Assembly: GCA_015711725.1 (NCBI GenBank)
Contig: JACVIX010000001.1
Coordinates: 1-63,470, forward strand
Direction: 5' to 3'
DNA from: Candidatus Geothermincola primus
Lineage (GTDB): Bacteria; Actinomycetota; Geothermincolia; Geothermincolales; Geothermincolaceae
DNA length: 63,470 nucleotides
The position numbers were made by a program, and so were the translations under genes. The notes beneath the pieces were generated by a model. The model was given only the letters and a program-made list of their open reading frames with translations. It made no database searches and was not told the origin of the DNA. Positions 57,568 to 63,470 of this stretch are shown here, piece by piece (within the stretch, counting starts at the first letter, position 1; every line of letters starts with the position of its first letter).

Positions 57568-58833
57568 TCATGATATAGGAGATTTGGATATCTCCTCAAG
57601 GAACTCGGCGTTGCTCCGGGTAGCCCTTATCTTATCGATAAGAAGTTCGATGGCCGCATTGGGATCTAGCGCATGTAATACCCTGCGTAATTTCCAAACG
57701 ATTTGCGCTTCCTCGGGTGGCATAATCAGCTCCTCTTTGCGCGTTCCCGACTTCTCTATGTCGATAGCAGGGAATATGCGCTTATCCGCAAGTTTGCGAT
57801 CGAGATGGAGCTCCATATTGCCTGTTCCTTTGAATTCCTCGAAAATGACTTCATCCATACGCGAACCGGTATCAACCAGGGCGGTAGCTATAATGGTAAC
57901 GCTTCCGCCTTCTTCGATATTTCTCGCCGTCCCGAAAAAACGCTTGGGCGGAAACAGGGCGGTGGAGTCAACGCCTCCGGATAGAATCCTCCCGCTGGTG
58001 GGGGTGGTCAAATTATAAGCCCTAGCCAGACGGGTGATACTGTCTAGTAGAATTACCACGTCCTTCTTGTGCTCCACCAACCTCTTAGTCCGTTCCAGCA
58101 CCAGCTCTGCCACCTGGATATGATTTTCCGAGGGCTGGTCGAAGGTGGAGCTTACCACCTCGCCCTTGACTGATCTTTCCATATCGGTTACTTCCTCCGG
58201 GCGCTCGTCAACCAGGAGCACAATCAGTTTTACCTCGGGATTATTGGTGGTGATGCTGTTAGCGAACTGCTTTAAGATGGTGGTCTTTCCAGCTCGTGGC
58301 GGGGAGACGATAAGTCCCCTCTGTCCCTTCCCGATGGGCGCGATGAGGTCAATAATACGGGAGGAGGTCTCGCCCACGTACGTCTCTAGGCGCAGACGCT
58401 CCACGGGATAGAGTGGCGTCAACTGCTCGAACTGTCTGCGCGTCCTGCATACCTCGGGATCATCGCCATTCACGCTCTCGATGCGCAGGAGCGCATTATA
58501 TTTCTCGCTATCTTTGGGAGCTCGCACCTGACCGGTGATCTCATCCCCACGTTTCAAGTGGAAACGTCTTATCTGGGATTGAGAAACATAGATGTCGTTC
58601 TCACTGGGAAGGTATCCATTGGTGCGTAGGAAACCGTAACCTTCCGAAAGGATATCCAATATCCCCGTTCTTATGGAGAGGCCATCTTCCTCAGCCTGGC
58701 GCTTGAGGATCAACTCGATCAGTTCGGCTTTGCGTAGACCGCTGATTCCAGTCAGCCCTTTTTCCTTGGCTAGCTCCTGAAGATCAGCCAGAAGCATGGA
58801 TTCCAACCCATTCCGATTCAAAGATTCGTTCAA
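57568..58833 (-). CDS. rho: transcription termination factor Rho
   Basis: The N-terminal '[14 protein letters not shown]' and the RNA-binding 'GYGFLR' are present. The Walker A is 'PPRAGKTT'. 421 aa. Confidence 0.95.
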   Translation of the reverse strand: MNESLNRNGLESMLLADLQELAKEKGLTGISGLRKAELIELILKRQAEEDGLSIRTGILDILSEGYGFLRTNGYLPSENDIYVSQSQIRRFHLKRGDEITGQVRAPKDSEKYNALLRIESVNGDDPEVCRTRRQFEQLTPLYPVERLRLETYVGETSSRIIDLIAPIGKGQRGLIVSPPRAGKTTILKQFANSITTNNPEVKLIVLLVDERPEEVTDMERSVKGEVVSSTFDQPSENHIQVAELVLERTKRLVEHKKDVVILLDSITRLARAYNLTTPTSGRILSGGVDSTALFPPKRFFGTARNIEEGGSVTIIATALVDTGSRMDEVIFEEFKGTGNMELHLDRKLADKRIFPAIDIEKSGTRKEELIMPPEEAQIVWKLRRVLHALDPNAAIELLIDKIRATRSNAEFLEEISKSPIS

Positions 58834-58899
58834 TTTTTCACCTCCTTTCCACGACGCTTTTTCGCTGCATAAAATTTACTGAGCCAATTGTCAACCTGC

Positions 58900-59571
58900 T
58901 CATTTTGTCTCCTGTTTGGTTGAAGGAAGATCCTTAATCTTTTCGTAGTCCTTGAGAAAACGCTCTATCCCTATATCGGTCAGCGGGTGCTTCACCATTT
59001 GCACCATCACCTCGTAGGGGATAGTGGCGATATGCGCGCCCGCCCTTGCTGCCTGCACCACGTGCATAGGATGCCTAAGACTAGCGGCGATTAACTGGGT
59101 AGATATATTATAAGTGTCGAAGATGTCCACGATCTCCTCCACCACAGACATTCCCCAATTACCTATGTCGTCCAATCTACCAACGAAAGGGCTGACAAAG
59201 GTGGCTCCCGCCGCTGCCGCCAGTAAAGCCTGGTTGGAGGAGAAGACCAAGGTCATATTGGTTTTGATGCCTTCTTTTGATAGAATGCTAACCGCTCGTA
59301 ATCCCTGAGGGGTCATGGGAATCTTTATATTGATATTCTCGGCTATAGAAGCTAACTCTCTAGCCTCCCGGAGCATACCCTCGGCGTCCAGGCTTAGGGC
59401 CTCCGCGCTGATGGGGCCCTTAACAATCTCCGCGATCTCCATGAGGCAGTCTCTCATGGACTTTCCCTCCCGCGCCACCAAAGAGGGATTGGTGGTTACT
59501 CCCGAAAGAATACCCCATTGATTTATCTCTCTAATGTGCTCTATATTTGCCGTGTCTAGAAAGAGCTTCAT
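58900..59571 (-). CDS. tal: transaldolase / fructose-6-phosphate aldolase (short TalC/Fsa type)
   Basis: '[16 protein letters not shown]...GVTTNPSL' and 'IKIPMT' are typical. ATG at 59571, preceded by GGAGGTG, is preferred over the track start at 59667. Confidence 0.9.
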   Translation of the reverse strand: MKLFLDTANIEHIREINQWGILSGVTTNPSLVAREGKSMRDCLMEIAEIVKGPISAEALSLDAEGMLREARELASIAENINIKIPMTPQGLRAVSILSKEGIKTNMTLVFSSNQALLAAAAGATFVSPFVGRLDDIGNWGMSVVEEIVDIFDTYNISTQLIAASLRHPMHVVQAARAGAHIATIPYEVMVQMVKHPLTDIGIERFLKDYEKIKDLPSTKQETK

Positions 59572-59602
59572 GATCACCTCCTGCATTGGGAAACAAAATT
59601 CA

Positions 59603-60577
59603 TCAGTCCACTTTGAATACTCCGGGAAGATCGTATAGCGCCGAACGCTCTTTCGCTTCCAGCTCATACACTTCGTTAATAATATATTGCAATACCTCAG
59701 AGACGGTTACGTCTAAATACACGCTGTCGATGGTCACGATACCTCTTTTATTAGCCTCTTCTACAATAAATTCCTGTATCTTACGTATGTTTTCGAAGTG
59801 TCTAATATAACGAAGGAAGGGCCGAGTGCCTTGGGTTTCAGATTCCCGTATGTAAAAGTGACCGCGGTGCAGAGACTCATCCATCACGGTTATCACTAGT
59901 TGAACGATAAAAGCGTTGGGAAATTCGTTCAGATTGATGAACCCGGGAACGATATGAGCGCCCTCTATTATCACATGAGTGCCCTCAGTTATAGCCCGTT
60001 TGATCAGAGCCTTGACTCCCACCAGCACGGAGATGGTCTGTTCGCGAAAGCCGGCGATAGTGGGGTCAATGGAATCCGGAAGGGGCTGGCGCAGGGCTTT
60101 TGCGGCCTCAAATGACGATGTGTGGATGGAGGGCATTAGCACGTCGGAGAAGAACGCCCTCATTACTTCCCTCACCGCATCGGTGGAGACTATACGCACA
60201 ATTCCAAGTCTATTGGCCAACATAGTGGCGATGGTTGATTTACCTACCCCGGTCGTTCCGCCGATGAGTATGATAAGAGGCTTATCCAGACGGGAAAAGG
60301 AATGATATTTCTGATAATTGGAGGCGTAGCGTTCCCCCATTTTTCCAAGGATATTTTCGTAGATGAGCTCACGCAATTGCGAGTCCTGAATATGTTCGAT
60401 TCCCTGATCCAGGAGGAATTTCTCTATATCTTCAGCGATGCGATAAGCCCGGGTAGGTGGCACCCCGGATGACATTATAGCGCTGGCAGTGAGCCCTTTG
60501 GAATACGGCACTTTGTGTTTCTGTTCGTCTATTACTATGATTCTTTTTGGTTTTTTATTTTTCTGGTTTCCCATCAC
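59603..60577 (-). CDS. 2-phosphoglycerate kinase-like protein (ATP-cone-like N-terminus + P-loop kinase; COG2074-type)
   Basis: The P-loop is '[24 protein letters not shown]'. Length and N-terminal region match archaeal 2PGK as I recall it. It is paired with the CPGS-like gene. Confidence 0.7.
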   Translation of the reverse strand: MMGNQKNKKPKRIIVIDEQKHKVPYSKGLTASAIMSSGVPPTRAYRIAEDIEKFLLDQGIEHIQDSQLRELIYENILGKMGERYASNYQKYHSFSRLDKPLIILIGGTTGVGKSTIATMLANRLGIVRIVSTDAVREVMRAFFSDVLMPSIHTSSFEAAKALRQPLPDSIDPTIAGFREQTISVLVGVKALIKRAITEGTHVIIEGAHIVPGFINLNEFPNAFIVQLVITVMDESLHRGHFYIRESETQGTRPFLRYIRHFENIRKIQEFIVEEANKRGIVTIDSVYLDVTVSEVLQYIINEVYELEAKERSALYDLPGVFKVD

Positions 60578-60606
60578 TTTGTCCTTTAGGGAAAAATCGA
60601 TTACCC

Positions 60607-61935
60607 TTATTTGACGCGTTCCAATAAGCGCTCTATGAAGTCCTCCATGCTATCATCGTCTACGCATATAGGCCTGTTATGCATGAATACCACCTCTTTG
60701 CCCTCTTTGACTGCGAATCTTACCGCGACTTCCACCGCAGCCGCCTTGAGCTCGGTAAGAAGCACATCGAAATCAGGCGCTTTCCTCAGATCCTCCTCCA
60801 GCGGCTTTCTTCTGGACAGGTGGTTGCTCCATCCCCGCACGACGCAACCTGTCTTTCTTTGCAGGTAGTCCGCCAAAATATCACCCATCTGCGCCGGAGC
60901 CGTAAATGTGAGGAATACCTTCCTGTTCTCTATGGATTTCAGGGGAAGCGGCCTGAAGATAGTCTTAACCAGCAACAAATCGCTGTTGATTGACCGGATT
61001 CCTTCCACCAATTGCGCTATTTTCTGTTTGTCGGCGCAGGGTTCCTCACACATTGTAATGATTACTCCGTCAGAAATCAAGAGTCTATATGTTCCAAGAT
61101 ATCCCAAGGAGTCGTCCAGTGGTTGAGCGGCGCTTACCACGCAGATATTGATATCAGCTTTTACTGGAGGCAGAGCCGCGCCGCTCCCTTCCAGAATGAT
61201 TAATTTTTCCTCCAACCCATTGGCCATTACGGCTCCCTCCAGGAAATTAGTGACAAAGGGTTCTCCCGCCATCCCCCCTCCACAACGGCGACATCCTATG
61301 GTGGTGATTCCCGCCACCAAGGCATCTTCGAAGTGGTCAGAAGCGGCATGGCTCCCTTTATTCAGTTCTTCCAGAAGGTAATGGCTGTCGATCCCTCCTG
61401 CAGGCTCCCTAATCAGCTGAGGTTCCTGTGGGCCACCTCTTCCCATGGCTACCACCACAGGAGGAGTGCCTTTGTTCTTGAGATATTGGGCGAGGTGGGC
61501 GGAGACGGCGGTCTTGCCACAGCGTTTCCCGGTGCCAAAGACTGCGATGGAAGGCTTGTCCAGAACTGTTTCCATCAAGGGCGGATGAAATTCAAAGTCG
61601 GCGCCTCGGTAACGAACACCCGCTTTGAGAGCTCGGGAGATGAGCTGGAAACGCAGACTGTTGGATAACACGGGTTCATCGCTTAAATCAACTACCATCT
61701 CGGGTTGAAAGCTGCGCAGCGCTGAAGAGAAATCGCGCAATAGATTAGAGGGGACGATCAACGGCTTGGAAAGGGAGTAGGCATCGTCGGGTTCGGATAT
61801 TTTCTCGGTTCCCCCCAGGAAGAAAAGGGCTATAGGATCCCATCCCCGGGTCACTGATAGCTTTTCCACGGCTTCAAGAACCACGGTTGGATGGTGCTCT
61901 CCATCGATGAGAAATATAGTCTTTATGGGTGTCAC
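60607..61935 (-). CDS. cyclic 2,3-diphosphoglycerate synthetase-like protein (COG2403-type P-loop)
   Basis: N-terminal 'IFLIDGEHHPTV' and P-loop 'VFGTGKRCGKTAVS'. The ~440-aa length matches the CPGS family as recalled. The start codon is uncertain (GTG abuts the SD). Confidence 0.65.
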   Translation of the reverse strand: MTPIKTIFLIDGEHHPTVVLEAVEKLSVTRGWDPIALFFLGGTEKISEPDDAYSLSKPLIVPSNLLRDFSSALRSFQPEMVVDLSDEPVLSNSLRFQLISRALKAGVRYRGADFEFHPPLMETVLDKPSIAVFGTGKRCGKTAVSAHLAQYLKNKGTPPVVVAMGRGGPQEPQLIREPAGGIDSHYLLEELNKGSHAASDHFEDALVAGITTIGCRRCGGGMAGEPFVTNFLEGAVMANGLEEKLIILEGSGAALPPVKADINICVVSAAQPLDDSLGYLGTYRLLISDGVIITMCEEPCADKQKIAQLVEGIRSINSDLLLVKTIFRPLPLKSIENRKVFLTFTAPAQMGDILADYLQRKTGCVVRGWSNHLSRRKPLEEDLRKAPDFDVLLTELKAAAVEVAVRFAVKEGKEVVFMHNRPICVDDDSMEDFIERLLERVK

Positions 61936-62115
61936 CTCCCCTTGTTTCCTATATTGATGCGTGCTTTTTGATTTCTCATGTGAACCAGACTGTATATTTC
62001 TGGTTCGAATAAAGTGAGGAATAGGTCGTCTTCAACTATATGAATATAAACCATGTGTCATCCGGAGCGAGCGGCAAAGGCAAGGTTCCTATTATGTCTA
62101 CCGAACCAGTTTAGC

Positions 62116-62940
62116 TTATTTAAGCTCTAACCCGATAATTTCCTTTACCACTCCGGAGAGTTCTCGCTGAACCTCGTTCGTCCCGGCAGTGAATTGAGCG
62201 ATGATGTCTCTTCCGCCAAAAGGGTATTTACGGTAAACCGTGGTCATTTCCTCGGTTATTTCAATTACATTATAACATGGTCTGGTATGCCCACGTAAGC
62301 GGAGGGAGGAAGCGGTTCCGGCATTCACCACATACATCCCCTCCAATTCCCATACGTAGGGAACGTGTTTGTGACCGGTGAGAACTAGGTGCACGCCGGC
62401 GTAGATCAGCAGCTCTGAGAGATCCCCGGCATCGTAGATGATATTACGCTCCCGTCCCGTTCCCGGTACTGGAAGCAGGTGGTGGTGGAGAGCGAAGATC
62501 TTAAAGTCACCCTCTCTTTCAAAAGCTTTGAGTATCCAGCCGTATCTCTCCCTGCCTATCCTGCCATCATTGAGGTCGGGTTCGCTGGAGTCCGCTCCCA
62601 CGATGGTCAGTCCGCAGTAATTCAATACCGAGAAACGTTCCCCAAAGAGTTCTCCGAAGTGAAGGTACCCCACGTTGCGGGAGTCGTGGTTCCCGGGTAC
62701 GATAATCACCCGCTCGCATTTGATGTTGCTGAGATAAGCCTTGGCGGTGTTGTACTCCTGACGGAAGCCTTCGTTGGTCAGGTCACCTGTGACCACCACG
62801 ATATCGGGATCTAATTCGTTCACTTCGTTTATGGTCCTGTTCATCAGGTTGGTGACGAAATGAACCGAGCCTACGTGAAAGTCGGAGATATGGGCGATAC
62901 ATATGGGGGACTTTTCCAGCGTGACCTTTCCGCTTTTCAA
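62116..62940 (-). CDS. calcineurin-like metallophosphoesterase
   Basis: Motifs 'HISDFHVG', 'GDLTNEG', 'GNHD' and 'GHKH'. Confidence 0.8.
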   Translation of the reverse strand: MKSGKVTLEKSPICIAHISDFHVGSVHFVTNLMNRTINEVNELDPDIVVVTGDLTNEGFRQEYNTAKAYLSNIKCERVIIVPGNHDSRNVGYLHFGELFGERFSVLNYCGLTIVGADSSEPDLNDGRIGRERYGWILKAFEREGDFKIFALHHHLLPVPGTGRERNIIYDAGDLSELLIYAGVHLVLTGHKHVPYVWELEGMYVVNAGTASSLRLRGHTRPCYNVIEITEEMTTVYRKYPFGGRDIIAQFTAGTNEVQRELSGVVKEIIGLELK

Positions 62941-63357
62941 AACGATTTCCTTTTCATCGATTTCTACGACCCAAGATATTTACTTCTTATAACTATTATA
63001 ATACATCCCTTTTCTCAATATCACTTCTTTAGGCAATCGTTTCCTTTACTGCCTGCGCTCCTTTTCCATCATGCCGTGGAGTCGGGGTCTACCCTACATT
63101 CTTGTTTCGAGAAGTGTCCACGCCTTCACGAAACCCGCGGCTTAATCTATTGGCGAACAGTATTCCTTAACTCTTTCTCTGAAAACAACGTTTAAACGGG
63201 TACATCTTCTGTCGATTTATTTAGAGAATGTAATAGCTCATTTAGCGAGTTATGGGTATTATGCTGTTACTTGCTCTGGCCCGACGATATGGGATCGCGG
63301 CGAAGTTATACTTATTAGAGTAGAGTGACAAGAGAACAGAAATGGGCGAGCTCATAA

Positions 63358-63470
63358 ATGACGAAGATGAAGCTTAAAGGGATATTTGCCTCGCCGGGAT
63401 GGGGAAACTTCATCCGAAAGTACCTCATCTACCTAATCATGCTGGCCTTCTTCCTTCTCTACGCGCTGGC
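63358..63470 (+). CDS. partial CDS (N-terminus only), possibly an ABC-transporter permease
   Basis: The ATG opens 'MTKMKLKGIFASPGWGNFIRKYLIYLIMLAFFLLYAL', which runs off the window. A hydrophobic helix follows a basic stretch. Only 37 codons are visible. Confidence 0.3.
   Translation, partial: MTKMKLKGIFASPGWGNFIRKYLIYLIMLAFFLLYAL

Noticed and set aside
1-63470. I looked for CRISPR arrays, tRNA/rRNA/tmRNA/SRP/RNase P genes, transposases, integrases, reverse transcriptases, toxin-antitoxin pairs and known defence-system genes.
   Set aside because: I saw no spaced direct-repeat array, no tRNA T-arm/acceptor pattern (GGTTCGAAT-type hits lie inside CDSs without cloverleaf context), no SRP domain IV motif and no mobile-element ORFs. 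This was a by-eye scan only, so short or degenerate elements could have been missed.

Overview
63.5-kb chromosomal window with about 50 protein-coding genes on both strands. GC looks like the high 40s percent by eye. I found no rRNA, tRNA, CRISPR array, transposase or integrase. The gene content points to an anaerobic, possibly thermophilic, Gram-positive-type bacterium. Supporting genes are an SLH-anchored wall hydrolase, rubredoxin/rubrerythrin, an Isf-like flavoprotein, an Fe-alcohol dehydrogenase and a Firmicutes-like tal-rho-rpmE-DUF1385-prfA-prmC block. Left to right the window holds envelope and sugar genes (L,D-transpeptidase, GT4, HAD-GH65), stress and signalling genes (USP, lipid kinase, two orphan histidine kinases), redox genes, a pabABC operon, birA, a Nudix gene, a large HEAT-repeat protein and the housekeeping block. 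Most notable observations: (1) An uncharacterised ~105-aa repeat ('WYFAEG..F..YL.L.NP...SR.T...VAER.MY') occurs in about 12 copies across three secreted proteins, each with a different head: FN3+YkuD, SLH+NlpC/P60, or IPT/TIG. (2) Two near-identical 16-18 bp palindromes (ATACCYYTAGGGGTATAT) sit in front of a small ferredoxin operon and a 1015-aa FAD/Fe-S/CCG oxidoreductase with a 17% Met C-terminal tail. A CsoR/CstR-family repressor is encoded nearby, which suggests a small undescribed regulon. (3) An archaeal-type thiolase is translationally coupled to an HMG-CoA-synthase-like::DUF35 fusion in which all three HMGCS catalytic residues appear substituted. (4) An archaeal-style 2-phosphoglycerate kinase plus cyclic-2,3-diphosphoglycerate-synthetase pair is embedded in the housekeeping operon. 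(5) Several untracked elements are present: a rubredoxin gene, a candidate ~275-nt ncRNA, a structured pab leader, and an odd repeat-bearing prfA-prmC spacer. All calls come from reading the sequence and ORF translations by eye; no database search was run.
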